Notes under the pieces: generated by a model
Told to the model about the DNA's origin: nothing
The model's database searches: none
Seen by the model: the letters and a program-made list of their open reading frames with translations, nothing else
Translations under genes and position numbers: made by a program
Assembly: GCA_963737655.1 (NCBI GenBank)
Contig: CAVTTN010000002.1
Span: 5,779,188 to 5,843,187 of the forward strand
Reading direction: 5' to 3'
Length of the DNA stretch: 64,000 bases
From: an uncultured Planctomycetota bacterium
GTDB taxonomy: Bacteria > Planctomycetota > Planctomycetia > Isosphaerales > Isosphaeraceae
In this document: positions 30,191-41,500 of the stretch, one piece after another
Numbering within the stretch: position 1 is the stretch's first letter
Layout: every line of letters begins with the position of its first letter

Positions 30191-30878
30191 ATGGCGCGCC
30201 TGCGGATCGCGCCCATCGTCGAAGGCGACGGCGAAGTCGAGTGCATCCGCATCCTCCCGGAGCGCCTGTGGTATGAAGAGTTGAACGGCGAATATATTTA
30301 TGTTCGAAGGCCGATCCTGAAGAACAAGGGGACGCTCATCGACGAAGGTGGCCTGAAGAGGGCCGTGGGCATCGCTCTGGAGGAATTGCAGGGCGATTCG
30401 GTGCGCGCCGTCCGAGGACCCCAGCTCAATCCTGATCCTGATCGACGCCGACGACGGTTGCCCGGCGGGACTCGGGCCCCGGCTCCTCGGCTGGGCCCGG
30501 GAGGTGGACGACCGGGCGGACGTCTCGTGCGTCGTGGCGAACGTCGAATATGAGACCTGGTTCGTCGCGGCGTGGGAATCGCTGGCCCGGGCGGGGCTGA
30601 TCCGGCCGGGCGAGGGCGAGGCGCCTCCCTTTCAACCGGAGGGACAGCGGCTGCGGAAGAAGTGGATCGAAGATCGGTTCGTATCCCGAGGAGAGCGAGA
30701 AGGCGCCCGGGGCGGACCTGGGACCCGGGGGCGGTACAGCCCGACCCGCGACCAGGCGGCCATGACGCGGGCGATGGACTTGAGAGCGTGCCGGCGGCAT
30801 TCGCCGTCGTTCGACAAGCTCTGCCGGGAGCTGGCCAGGAGGCTCGGCGGGGGCGCGGAGGAGAGGGTGATCACGTGA
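30191..30878 (+). CDS. DUF4276-like (Toprim-like) partner protein (frame broken at ~30405-30412 as assembled)
   Basis: MARLRIAPIVEGDGEVECIRILPERL..., then in the next frame SSILILIDADDGCPAGLGPRLLGWA...VSCVVANVEYETWFVAAWESL...SPSFDKLCRELARRL. It starts 3 nt after the ATPase stop. Confidence 0.7.
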
Positions 30879-30960
30879 TTTCGTTTCGTAATTCGACCAA
30901 GGCACCGAGCCGGGCAGTCGGCCCCGCCGGGCGGGCCCGCTGGAGTGGGAAGACGCGCTG

Positions 30961-33900
30961 ATGGGGATTGCCCAGAAGGTCTCTCGGGAGTTCGCCGACG
31001 GGGTCCGGGCCCGCGGCCAGTCGTATTTCGCCAAGGGTCGGGTGGCCGTGACGTCGGCCAAGGCCGGCGAGATCGTGGTCGCGAAGGTCCGGGGCACGGA
31101 GGCCTACAAGGTCAAGCTCCGGGTCCGGGGGACGCGGCTGCATGCCTCGTGCACCTGCCCGTACTTCGGGCCCGAGGGGGAGCCGTGCAAGCACCTCTGG
31201 GCCACGATCCTGGCGGCCGACGCCAAGGGCCTGCTCCAGGCGGTGCCGGTCCGGCCTTTGAAGCTCGTGCCCGATGTCCGGTTTCACATCCAGCAACAAC
31301 CGCCGGGCCACTCGCCCCAGGGGCCTCCGCCCGAGAACGGGCCCCCGCCGGGCCCGGGGCCTTCGCCCTATCTCGGCCCTCCGCCCTACGGGCCGCCCTC
31401 GCCGCCCCAGGCCCACGGCCGGGGCACCCGGCCTCCTCATCCGCCCAAGGGCGGGGCGTATCGCGGCCCGGGCCCGGGAGGGGGCAACGGCCAGCCTCCG
31501 TACCGGGGCGGCCCGGGCGCACCCATCTCAAGAACGGCCAGCCCGACCCCTCGGCCCGCCATCGCCACCGGGGCCACGGCAAGCACCCCGGGCCCTCGGC
31601 CGGGCCCGGGCCGCAAGCCCAGGGGCCTCATCGCGGCCAGAAGGCCCGCGACGTCAACGCCAAGAAGGCCGAGGGCAAGAAGGCGTCGCTGTTCTACGTC
31701 CTGGACGCCCCGGCCACCCTGAACCAGAACGCCGTGGTCATCACCCTGGGCCGTCGCCAGCGCAAGCCGGGCTCGGAGCGCGCCGTCCTCCGCCCGTGGT
31801 GGCCGACGAACACCCCGGGCGCCTGGAGGCCCGAGCCCGAGGACCGCGTGTTGATGGCCTTCCTGGAGGAGGCGCAGCCCGCCCCCACGGCCTCGACCCC
31901 GGCCCTGGGCTCGATCGTCAACGGCGCCGTGGGCAACCCCGCCGCCGCGCCGACCCCCCGGCGGTTCGTCCTCCGCCCGGAGGTCCAGGCGCAGATGGTC
32001 GAGCGGCTCTGCCGGACCGGCCGGTGCCGCCTGAGGAGGACCGAGGACGAGGACGATCCGCCCACGCTCCGCTGGGATGACGGCCGCCCCTGGCGGTTCG
32101 TGATCGACGCCCGGGTGGCCGACCCCGCCGCGAAGCGCTGGAGCTGGCGGGGGCCCTGCGCCGCGAGGACGACCGGATGGACCTGGCCGAGCCCCTGGTC
32201 CTCCTGCCCGGCCTGGTCGTCCAGGGCGTGGGCCGCGCCGCCCGGTTCGACGACGCGGGCGTCTTCGCCTGGATGCTCCGGCTCCGCCACGAGAAGGAAA
32301 TGGCGCTGTCCGAGGCCCAGCAAGACACCATGCTCGGCCGGATCCTGGGCGAATCCCGCGTCCCGCCCGGCGAGCTCGTCGAGGGGCTGAAGCTCGAGGA
32401 GGTCGATCTCCCGCCCACCCCCTGCCTGACGATCCGCACCCCCCGGCAGAACTGGGGGTCGGACAACCTGATCGCCGAGCTGGAATTCGACTACGACGGC
32501 GCGAAGGTGGGCTCGTTCCCGCCCGGCAAGATGGCCGTCCAGACCGACCGCCGCCGGGCCATCCGCCGCGACGTGAGGGCCGAGAACCGCGCCAAGGAAC
32601 GCCTGGACGAGCTGGGCTTCCGCGAGGCCAAGGATTTCCGGGTCGAGCCCGGGACGATGGAGGTCGCGCCCAAGAAGGTCCCGGGCGCCACCCGAGACCT
32701 CGTCCTGGAGGGCTGGCGGGTCGAGGCCGAGGGCATCCTCTATCGCCCGGCCAGCGACTTCAAGCTCGCCGTGAGCACCGGGATCGACTGGTTCGAGCTC
32801 TCCGGCCGGGTCGATTTCGGGGGCCAGGAATTGCCCCTGCCGGAGATCCTCGCCGCGGCCCGCCGGGGGGAGACGATGATCGCCCTGGGCGACGGCTCGA
32901 TGGGGATGCTCCCCGAGGACTGGCTCAAGAAATACGGCCTCTTGGCCGACCTCGGCTCGGCCGACGAGGAGGGGAAGCTGCGGTTCGGCAAGGCCCAGGC
33001 GGGCCTGCTCGACGCCCTGCTCGCCGCCCAGCCCGGGAGCAAGTGCGACACCGCCTTCACCAAGGTCCGCAAGAACCTCCACGCCTTCGAGGGGGTCGAG
33101 CCCCTGGACGCCCCGCCCGGGTTCCAGGGCGAGCTGCGCCCCTATCAGGAGGAAGGGCTCGGCTGGCTCGACTACCTCCGCGCCTTCGACTTCGGCGGCA
33201 TCCTCGCCGACGACATGGGCCTGGGCAAGACGATCCAGGTCCTCGCCCTGTTGCAACGGCGGAGGGCCCGGAGGCAGGCCCGAGGGCCGTCGCTGATCGT
33301 GGTCCCGCGCTCCCTCGTGTTCAACTGGCTCCAGGAGGCCGCCCGGTTCACGCCGAAGCTCCGCGTCCTGGACTACACCGGCCCGAACCGGCACGCCCTC
33401 CGCGAGGAATTCCGCCATCACGACCTGATCGTGACCACGTATGGGACGCTGCGATCCGACGTGGTCGAACTCTCCGACATCACCTTCGACTACGCGATCC
33501 TGGACGAGGCCCAGGCGATCAAGAACTCCGAGAGCCAGGCCGCCAAGGCCGCCCGGCTGCTCAAGGCCCGGCACCGCCTGGCCATGAGCGGCACGCCGAT
33601 CGAGAACCACCTGGGCGAGCTCTGGTCGATCTTCGAGTTCCTCAACCCCGGGATGCTCGGCACGGCGTCGGTCTTCAAGAGGAACGCCGGGGGGGCCTCC
33701 GGCCAGGACGAGCAGGCGAGGATGCTCCTGGCCAAGGCCCTCCGCCCGTTCATCCTGAGGAGGACCAAGGGGCAAGTCGTCAAGGACCTGCCCGAGAAGG
33801 TCGAATTGACCCTGTATTGCGACCTCGAACCGGCCCAGAGAGGGCTGTACGAGGACCTCCGGGCCCACTATCGCAACGCCCTGTTGAGGACCGACGCCGA

Positions 33901-34513
33901 CGCCCTGAAGGGCTCGAAGATCGAGGTCCTGGAGGCGCTCCTCCGGCTCCGCCAGGCCGCCTGCCACCCGGCCCTGATCGACCCGTCCCGCGCCGACGAC
34001 GCCTCGGCCAAGCTCGACATGCTCCTGCCGCAACTGGCCGAGGTCGTCGAGGAGGGGCACAAGGTCCTGGTCTTCTCCCAGTTCACCAGCTTCCTCGCGC
34101 TGGTCAAGAAACGGCTCGACGCCGAGGGGCTCGACTACGAATACCTCGACGGCCGGACCCGGGACCGCGAGGCCCGCGTCAATCGGTTCCAGAACGACCC
34201 CAAGGTCCCGATCTTCCTGATCAGCCTGAAGGCCGGTGGGCTCGGCCTGAACCTCACGGCGGCCGAGTACGTGTACCTGCTCGACCCCTGGTGGAACCCG
34301 GCGGTGGAGGCCCAGGCGATCGACCGCTCCCACCGGATCGGCCAGACCAACAACGTCTTCGCCTACCGCCTGATCGCCAAGGACACCGTCGAGCAGAAGA
34401 TCCTCGACCTCCAGCAGAAGAAGCGCGACCTGGCCGACGCCATCCTCAACGCCGAAGGCCGGGGGGTGATCCAGGGCCTCACGCGAGACGACCTGGAATT
34501 CCTCCTGAGCTGA
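30961..34513 (+). CDS. SWIM zinc-finger + SNF2/Rad54-family helicase (two frame breaks as assembled)
   Basis: SWIM CTCPYFGPEGEPCKHLWA, a Pro/Gly-rich linker, and SNF2 motifs LRPYQEEGLGWL, ILADDMGLGKTIQ, LDEAQAIKN, LVFSQFTSFL, GGLGLNLTAAEYVYLLDPWWNPAVEAQAIDRSHRIGQ. Breaks at ~31522 (position uncertain) and 32136-32141. Confidence 0.85.
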
Positions 34514-34573
34514 GCGCCGGCGCGGGCCGGCGATCTCCGAAAAGCGCGTCGATTTGGTGATTGCATCCGGCCG

Positions 34574-34601
34574 GCGACGCCCCGATAATGAGGGGCGTCG
34601 C
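34574..34601. terminator. hairpin downstream of the SNF2 gene
   Basis: 10-bp stem GCGACGCCCC / GGGGCGTCGC with an 8-nt loop GATAATGA, 60 nt after stop 34513. No U-tract. Confidence 0.4.
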
Positions 34602-34729
34602 GGGAGTGTCCGCGAGACGATCGAATCGACCCGGAATCGCTTCGCCTGCGAGAGGGGACGTGCCCATCCCGATGGACCGGGTGCCCGACGGCGCGGCCGC
34701 GACGACGCGGGGCGGGGCTGGAGGGGGCG

Positions 34730-37030
34730 ATGGACGAACGCTCCGCCTCGCTCGGTCTGGACATCGGCACGCTCGGCCCGGGGCTGGATACGGCCATCGA
34801 GACGACCGTCACGGCCGAGGCCCCCACGCCCGGCCGCCTCGATGACGAGCCCGACACCGGCCGGGACGATCCCCGGCGCCCCGGCTTGGTCCGGCTCGAC
34901 CTGTCGTTCCTCCGCCCGTCGAGTCGTCGGGGGAGCCTGGGCAAGATCGGCGACCATGACGTCTTCGACGTCCTGGGCCGGGGCGGGATGGGGATCGTCC
35001 TGAAGGCCCGGGACAAGGCGTTGAGCCGGGTCGTGGCGGTGAAGGTGCAGGACCCGGCCCTGGCCGTCAACCGCCGGAGCCGCTGGCGGTTCTTGCGCAA
35101 GGCGCGAGCCGCCGCGGCGATCAACCATCCCAACGTCGTGACGATCCACGCCGTGAACATCGTCGCCGGCCTGCCGTACCTCGTGATGGAGTACGTCGGC
35201 GGCGGGTCGCTCCGCCAGAGGATCAAGGTCGGGCCGCCTTTGGAGCCGGTGGAGGTCCTGAGGATCGGCCACCAGATCGCCCTGGGCTTGGCCGCCGCCC
35301 ATGCCCAGGGGGTGATCCACCGCGACATCAAGCCGGCCAATATCTTGCTGGAAGCCGGGCTGGACCGGGTGAAGATCACCGACTTCGGCCTGGCCGTCGC
35401 CGGCCTGGCGGTCCCCGAGGGGGAGCGCGTCGCCGGGACCCCGCCGTACATGAGCCCGGAGCAGGTCCGCGGCGAGAAGCTGGACCTCCGCAGCGACCTG
35501 TTCAGCCTCGGCTGCGTCCTCTATGCGATGATCGCCGGCCATTCGCCGTTCCAGGATGCCCGCCCGGCCGAGTCGATCCGCCTGGTCTGCGAGCTGGCTC
35601 CGCCCGCCCCGGCCTCCGCCTGCCCGTGCTGCCCGAAGGGCCTGTCCGACCTGATCCTCCGGCTCCTGAGCAAGGCCCCCGACGACCGCCCCGGCTCGGC
35701 CGCCGAGGTGGCCGAGAGCCTCCGGGCCCTCCTGGTGGAGGCCAACCGCTCCGAGTCCGGCGAGGTCCCGGCCGAGCCCCCTCCGCCCGTCCCCGCCCCG
35801 GCCGAGCCCCCTCCGCCCGTCCCCGCCCCGGCCGAGCCCCCTCCGCCCGCCCCCGCCCCGGCCGAGGCCGCCGAGCCTCGCCCCGAGGCGCCGACCCGGC
35901 CTCCTCGCCCGGTCCTCCTGACCGGGCTGGCCGGCGTGGTCCTGGCCTCGGCGTTCGCCGCCGGGGTCGCCGCCTCCCGCCGCACCGGCCCCGAATCCGA
36001 CCCGGTCGGGCCGGCCTCGACGGCGCCCCGGGCCTGGATCGTCGATCCCTCCGGGGTGAAGGGCCCGAAGGACCTGGCGGCGGCCCTGAGGCGGGCCGGA
36101 CCGGGCGACATCCTCCGTCTCGGCCCGGGCGTCCACGACGGATCGGCCCGGATCGACGACCCGTCCCGGCTCGCGGGCCTGACGATCGAGTCCGACGGCC
36201 GGGCCGTCCTCTCGGCGAGCGATTCCCCGGCGGTCGTGGCGATCTCGGGCGTCCCGGGCGTGACGATCCGAGGGCTGACCATCGAGACCCGGGCGGACCA
36301 GTTCGCCCTCCAGGTCACCGGGGACGTCGACGGGCTGACGATCGACCGCGTGACGTTCGTCTCCCCCGAACGCTCGCAGTGGACCCAGGTTTACTTGAGC
36401 GACGGGGCCCGGGGCTCGGAAGCCCGGCCGATCGTGGTGAAGAACTCGGAGTTCCACGTCGGCAGCAAGGGGGGCGTGACCATCGAAGGGGCCCCGGACG
36501 GCCTGCCGGTCCGCGGCGTCCTCCTGTGGAACAACCGCTTCTTCGGCCCCAAGGAGCAGGTCCACGTCCTCCAGCACGTCCGGGACATCGAGATCCGGGG
36601 GAACCTGTTCATCGGCGGCCAGCCCCTGACGCTCAACCTGCCCGGCTCGAAAAAGGCGCGCCACGTCCGGATCGCCAACAACACCTTCTTCCAGGCCGTC
36701 CGGTGGCTCCACCCGGCCGATTCGGACCCCGAGCAGGAAGGGATCGCGATCGTCAACAACGCGATCATCGCCTCCGACGGCCTGGACCTCGGAGACGGCA
36801 AGCTGACCCGGATGGCCCGGGGAGGGTGGGACTTCCACCACAACCTCTGGGAGCCGGCCAGCGCCGGGAGGGGCGGGTCCGAAGGCCCGATCGCCCGGCG
36901 GAGGGCCGCGCTCCCCGTCCTCTCCCGGGACCCCCAGAGCCCCCGATTCCTCCGCCCGGTCCCGGGCTCGACCCTCTCGCGAGAGGGGGCCGGCGGCGAC
37001 TGGCCGGGCCACGTCGGCGCCTTCCCGTAG
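34730..37030 (+). CDS. membrane Ser/Thr protein kinase with extracytoplasmic right-handed beta-helix-like domain
   Basis: GRGGMGIVLKA, VAVKV, HRDIKPANILL, DFGLA, GTPPYMSPE. These are followed by a PAPAEPPPPV x3 linker, a TM segment (VLLTGLAGVVLASAFAAGV) and repeats of the NN..F / beta-helix type (IANNTFF, IVNNAII). Confidence 0.85.
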   Translation: MDERSASLGLDIGTLGPGLDTAIETTVTAEAPTPGRLDDEPDTGRDDPRRPGLVRLDLSFLRPSSRRGSLGKIGDHDVFDVLGRGGMGIVLKARDKALSRVVAVKVQDPALAVNRRSRWRFLRKARAAAAINHPNVVTIHAVNIVAGLPYLVMEYVGGGSLRQRIKVGPPLEPVEVLRIGHQIALGLAAAHAQGVIHRDIKPANILLEAGLDRVKITDFGLAVAGLAVPEGERVAGTPPYMSPEQVRGEKLDLRSDLFSLGCVLYAMIAGHSPFQDARPAESIRLVCELAPPAPASACPCCPKGLSDLILRLLSKAPDDRPGSAAEVAESLRALLVEANRSESGEVPAEPPPPVPAPAEPPPPVPAPAEPPPPAPAPAEAAEPRPEAPTRPPRPVLLTGLAGVVLASAFAAGVAASRRTGPESDPVGPASTAPRAWIVDPSGVKGPKDLAAALRRAGPGDILRLGPGVHDGSARIDDPSRLAGLTIESDGRAVLSASDSPAVVAISGVPGVTIRGLTIETRADQFALQVTGDVDGLTIDRVTFVSPERSQWTQVYLSDGARGSEARPIVVKNSEFHVGSKGGVTIEGAPDGLPVRGVLLWNNRFFGPKEQVHVLQHVRDIEIRGNLFIGGQPLTLNLPGSKKARHVRIANNTFFQAVRWLHPADSDPEQEGIAIVNNAIIASDGLDLGDGKLTRMARGGWDFHHNLWEPASAGRGGSEGPIARRRAALPVLSRDPQSPRFLRPVPGSTLSREGAGGDWPGHVGAFP
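35771..35860 (+). repeat. 30-bp x3 tandem repeat inside the kinase linker
   Basis: GCCGAGCCCCCTCCGCCCGTCCCCGCCCCG at 35771, 35801 and 35831 (third copy has one T>C), encoding AEPPPPVPAP. Confidence 0.9.
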
Positions 37031-37047
37031 GGTGCATGCAAGGCACC
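37027..37047. repeat. family A REP copy
   Basis: GTAGGGTGCATGCAAGGCACC. Its TAG (37028-37030) is the kinase stop codon. Confidence 0.8.
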
Positions 37048-37090
37048 ATCTTCGGCATTCCACCCCATTCCCGCCCCCAGGAGAGGCCCG

Positions 37091-38419
37091 ATGCGGGACC
37101 ATTCTCACGCTGAGGAGCGGACCCGGGAAGATCCCACGACCCTCGCGGTCCCCAGCGGTTATCACGGGTCGGCGGCCGTCCCCTCGGGCTATCACGCCTC
37201 GGGGAGCGCCGGCCACTCGTGCGGGTCGCCCGAGACCCTCTACGCCTGGGGGCCCGAGCAATCGAGGATCGCCGGGGCCGGCTGGGGGCCGGGCCCTCAC
37301 CTGAAGCCCGGGCCGATCGGCGACCGCCCGGCCGAGCCGTTGAAGGTCGTCCACGTCGGCCCCTGTTTGATGAGAGGGGGCGCCGAGCAGTGGCTCGTGG
37401 AGCTCACCCGGTTCCTCGACCCCTCCCGGGTCCGGGTCCTCCGCACCATCGCCACCCAGCCCGGGGCGATCGACCCGACGTTCGCCGCCGGCCTCTCGAT
37501 CCCGATCGAAAACGGCGGCCCCGACGACGTGACCCGGGCCGTCGAGGAGGCCGACGTCCTCCTGTGCTGGGGAGTCCCTCTCGACGACGTCCTGAACGGC
37601 CACAAGCCGGGCCTCTGCGTCTTCGTGGCCCACGGCGACGGCCCGTACACCCAGGAGCTCGTCCGGCACAGCGGGGGGAGGGCCGACCACTACGTCGCCG
37701 TGAGCCATCGGGTCCGCGACACCACGTTGTTCGGCCTCCCCTCGACCGTGATTTACAACGGGGTGGACAGCGCCCGGCTGGCCCGGACCCGCCCTCGCGA
37801 GGAGGTCCGCGCCGGGTTCGGCTTCGGGCCCGAGGATTTCGTCGTCGGCTACCTCGGGCGGTTCTCGGCCGAGAAGCGCGTCCCCTTGCTGATCGAGGCC
37901 GCCTCGGGCCTGCCCCCCGAGGTCAAGGTATTGCTCGTGGGCTGGGGGGCGCAGCTCCCGGAGCTCATGGCGATGGCCAACCGCCGGATGCCGGGCCGGT
38001 TCGCGGTCGTCACGGCCGGGGGCTACCTGGGCGATTACTACTCGGCGATGGACGCCTTCTGCCTCCTCGGCACCGAGGAAGGCTTCTCGCTGGCCATGCT
38101 CGAAGCGATGATGTGCGGAATCCCCCTGATCGCCACGCCGGTCGGGGCGGTCCCCGAGCTGATCGTCGATCGGATCAACGGCCAGATCGTCTCGCCCAAG
38201 GCCGACGCGGTGAAGGAGGCCATCGACCGCCTCCGCAAGTACCCAAGATGGGCCGCCGGCCTCGCCGCCGAGGCCAGGACCCTGGCCGACCGCCAGGGCC
38301 ACGCCGTCCGGATGGCCCGGGATTATGAAGACCTGCTAGAACGCCTGTGGATGGAGAAGAACGGGGCCAGGACACTTCAAGGCGGATCACGGCCGGGTTC
38401 CGCACAACGAATCTTGTAG
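37091..38419 (+). CDS. GT4-family (GT-B) glycosyltransferase
   Basis: VVHVGPCLMRGGAEQW, GRFSAEKR, TEEGFSLAMLEAMMCGIPLIATPVGAVPELI (E-x7-E). The true start may lie downstream of ATG 37091. Confidence 0.85.
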   Translation: MRDHSHAEERTREDPTTLAVPSGYHGSAAVPSGYHASGSAGHSCGSPETLYAWGPEQSRIAGAGWGPGPHLKPGPIGDRPAEPLKVVHVGPCLMRGGAEQWLVELTRFLDPSRVRVLRTIATQPGAIDPTFAAGLSIPIENGGPDDVTRAVEEADVLLCWGVPLDDVLNGHKPGLCVFVAHGDGPYTQELVRHSGGRADHYVAVSHRVRDTTLFGLPSTVIYNGVDSARLARTRPREEVRAGFGFGPEDFVVGYLGRFSAEKRVPLLIEAASGLPPEVKVLLVGWGAQLPELMAMANRRMPGRFAVVTAGGYLGDYYSAMDAFCLLGTEEGFSLAMLEAMMCGIPLIATPVGAVPELIVDRINGQIVSPKADAVKEAIDRLRKYPRWAAGLAAEARTLADRQGHAVRMARDYEDLLERLWMEKNGARTLQGGSRPGSAQRIL

Positions 38420-38474
38420 GGCAGGCCTTGGCCTGCCGTCTCCGCGAATCTCGGCAGGCCAAGGCCTGCCCTAC
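38416..38474. repeat. REPIN-like inverted doublet, family B
   Basis: GTAGGGCAGGCCTTGGCCTGCCG - 13 nt - CGGCAGGCCAAGGCCTGCCCTAC, with perfect arms. Its TAG (38417-38419) is the GT4 stop codon. Confidence 0.95.
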
Positions 38475-38536
38475 GTGTGCTCAATCCGTTCGTGGACCGC
38501 TCTAGCCCCGCCGATCGGACCGAGGAGGCCGTCCCG

Positions 38537-41500
38537 ATGAGCGAGCCGACCCCCACCGATTCCGCCCTCACGCCGGGGTCGGACGAAATGGCCGGGCCTT
38601 CGGCCGAGACGGCCCCCCATGCCGAGGCGATCCGCCGATCCGGCGGGGCCACGACCCCCGGCAGGCCTCCGGCCGACGAGGATCCCGCGGCCCGGTTCGG
38701 GCGGTATCAGGTCCTCGAAAGAATCGCCTCGGGCGGCATGGGGGCCGTCTACCGCTGCCGGGACGACGACCTCAACCGCGATCTGGCGCTAAAAATCCTG
38801 CTCGCCGGGCATCGCGACCGACCCGAGCTCGACCGCCGGTTCCTCGAAGAGGCCCAAATTTGCGGCCAGTTGCAGCACCCGGGGATCGTCCCGATCCACG
38901 AGATGGGCCGATCCGACGACGGCCGCCCGTTCTTCGTGATGAAGCTCGTCAAGGGCCGAACGCTCTCGAAATTGCTGCAAGAACGATCCGACCCGACCGA
39001 CGGCTTACCCCAATTCCTGAAGATTTATGAACAAATCTGCCAGGCCGTGGCCTACGCCCATTCCAAGGGCGTGATCCACCGCGATTTGAAGCCCCTGAAC
39101 GTGATGGTCGGCGCGTTCGGCGAGGTCCAGGTGATGGATTGGGGCCTCGCCAAGGTCCTCGGCCGCCGCGACGAAGGGCCGACCGACGCCGGGCTCCAGG
39201 CCAGCACGGTCCGAACGGTCCGCACCGAGGACGGCGGCGACGCCACGGGCCACGGCTCGTTCCTCGGCTCGCCCCCCTACTGCCCGCCGGAGCAGGCCCG
39301 GGGGGACGTCGCCAGCCTGGACGAAAGGGCCGACGTCTTCGCCCTCGGCTCGATCCTCGCCGCGATCCTGACCGGGGAGCCGGCCTACACCGGCCGATCG
39401 TCGCAGGAGTTGCTCACGAAGGCCATCACCGCCGACCTCGCCGACGTCCGCCTCCGCCTGGATCGATCCGGCGCCGAGCCGGAGCTGATCGCGATCGCGA
39501 CCCGCTGCCTCGCCCCGATCGCCGCCGACCGCCCCCGGGACGCCGGCGCCGTGGCGTCGCTGGTCTCGGCCCACCTGGCGGGTGTCCAGGAGCGGTTGCG
39601 GCTCGCCGAGATCGCCCGGGTCGAGGCCACCGCCCGGGCGGAGCACGAGCAAAAGGCCCGCATCCTCCACGAAGCCATCGCCCACGAGGCCCAGGCCCGG
39701 GCCGTCCAGGAGAGGAGGGCCCGGAGGCTCACGGCGGCCCTGGCGGCCTCGATCCTCCTGGCCGGAGCGATCGGCGGAGGCTCCTTCCTCGCCTTCCGGC
39801 TCGACCGCCAGGCCAAGCTCGCCGAGTCCGACCGAATCCTCGGAGAAGCCCTGACCCGGGCCGAATCCGCCCGAGACGAGGCCCGCCGCGCCCCCCCGGG
39901 AGACGCGAACGCCTGGCCCCGGGCCATCCGAGCGGCCGAAAGTGCCCGCGACGCCCTCGCCGGCCGCCCGGCGAGGCCCGAGCTCGCCTCCCGGATCGCC
40001 CAGGTCGTCGCCGACGCCCAGAGGGCCGAGGCCGATCGCCGCTTGGCCGACCGCCTGGACGAGGCCCGCCTCCGGGGTGCCGCCCTCAAGGACAATCACT
40101 TCGACACCGAAGCGATGCTCAGGGACTACGCCGCCGCGTTTCGCGAGGCCAGCCTGTCGCCCGGCGAGCGCCCGGCGTCGGAGATCATCGCCCGGCTGGC
40201 CGGCTCGGCCGAGGCCGCGAGGATCGCCGGGGCCCTGGATGACTGGATCAAATACCCCGCGGCCGAGCCGATTCGTGACGACCTCGTGGCGGTGGCCGAG
40301 GGGATCGACCCGGCCAGCAACGCCCTGCGCCGCGCGATCCGCTCGGCGGATCGGGCCACGCTCGTGGGGTTGACGACCGGCAACGCGGCCCTTCGCCTGT
40401 CGCCGGCCGGCGCGGAGTCGGCCGCCTGGGCCCTGATGCAGATGGGGCTTGCCGAGGAGGCCATCGGCGTGCTGTCCAGGGCCCGCTCGCGCCAACCGGG
40501 CGACTTCTGGCTGAACCAAGACCTCGGGATGGCGCTCGCCGAGGCGTCACCGCCCCGGCTGGAGGAGGCCGCCCGCTACCTGACGGCCGCCGCGGCGCTG
40601 CGGCCGGAAAGTCCCGGCGTCCACCTCAACCTCGGAATCCTGCTGTCGGACACGGGTCATGAGGCGGAGGCAGAAGGACCGTTCCGCGAGGCGATCCGCC
40701 TCGAACCGAAGTACGCCGAGCCGCACTTCAACCTCGGCTACGTGCTGTTGAAGACGGGCCGGGTGTCGGATGCCGAGGCGGAGTTCCGCGAGGCGATCCG
40801 CCTCGAACCGAAGCTGGCCAGGGCGCACTGCAACCTCGGCAACCTGCTGTCGGAGACGGGCCGGGTGTCGGATGCCGAGGCGGAGTTCCGCGAGGCGATC
40901 CGCCTCGAACCGAAGCTGGCCAGGGCGCACTGGAACCTCGGCGTCCTGCTGTCGGAGACGGGCCGGGTGTCGGATGCGGAGGCGTCGTACCGCGAGACGA
41001 TCCGCGTCGACCCAAGGCTCGCGAATGCACATTACAACCTCGGCGTCCTGCTGTCGAGGTCGGGCCGGGTGTCGGACGCGGAGGCGGAGTTCCGCGAGGC
41101 GATCCGCCTCGAACCGAAGCTGGCCAGGGCGCACTCCAACCTCGGCGCCCTGCTGTCGGAGACGGGCCGGTTGTCGGATGCGGAGGCGTCGTACCGCGAG
41201 ACGATCCGCCTCGACCCAAAGGACGCCACGGCGCACTCCAGCCTCGGCGTCCTGCTGATGAGGTCGGGCCGGTTGTCGGATGCGGAGGCGTCGTACCGCG
41301 AGGCGATCCGCGTCGACCCAAGGCTCGCGAATGCACATTACAACCTCGGCGTCCTGCTGTCGAGGTCGGGCCGGGTGTCGGATGCCGAGGCGGAGTACCG
41401 GGAGGTGATCCGCCTCGACCCGGAATACGCCGAGGCGCACTGCAACCTCGGGCGTCTCCTGCGCCGACAAGGTCGCTTCCGCCAAGCCCTGGAGGAGTTG

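Noticed and set aside
28574-34513. Prophage, integrative element or IS interpretation of the XisI / ATPase / SNF2 region.
   Set aside because: No integrase, transposase, phage structural gene, tRNA target or flanking direct repeats could be seen. Only an accessory-island hypothesis is retained.
35771-35860. 30-bp x3 tandem repeat as a regulatory or VNTR element.
   Set aside because: It is in frame inside the kinase gene and encodes a Pro/Ala-rich juxtamembrane linker (AEPPPPVPAP x3). It is reported only as an intragenic repeat.
31694-38302. 2202-aa ORF on the minus strand, and similar giants (2979..4343, 13537..15573, 22654..25515, 40728..42674, 44397..47363, 50961..54164, and the upstream two thirds of 17965..21657).
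   Set aside because: These are Arg/Gly/Pro/Ala-dominated low-complexity translations lying antisense or out of frame to genes with clear conserved motifs (SNF2, kinases, gyrA, dnaN, dnaA, sortilin-like). They are typical stop-poor artefacts of very GC-rich DNA.
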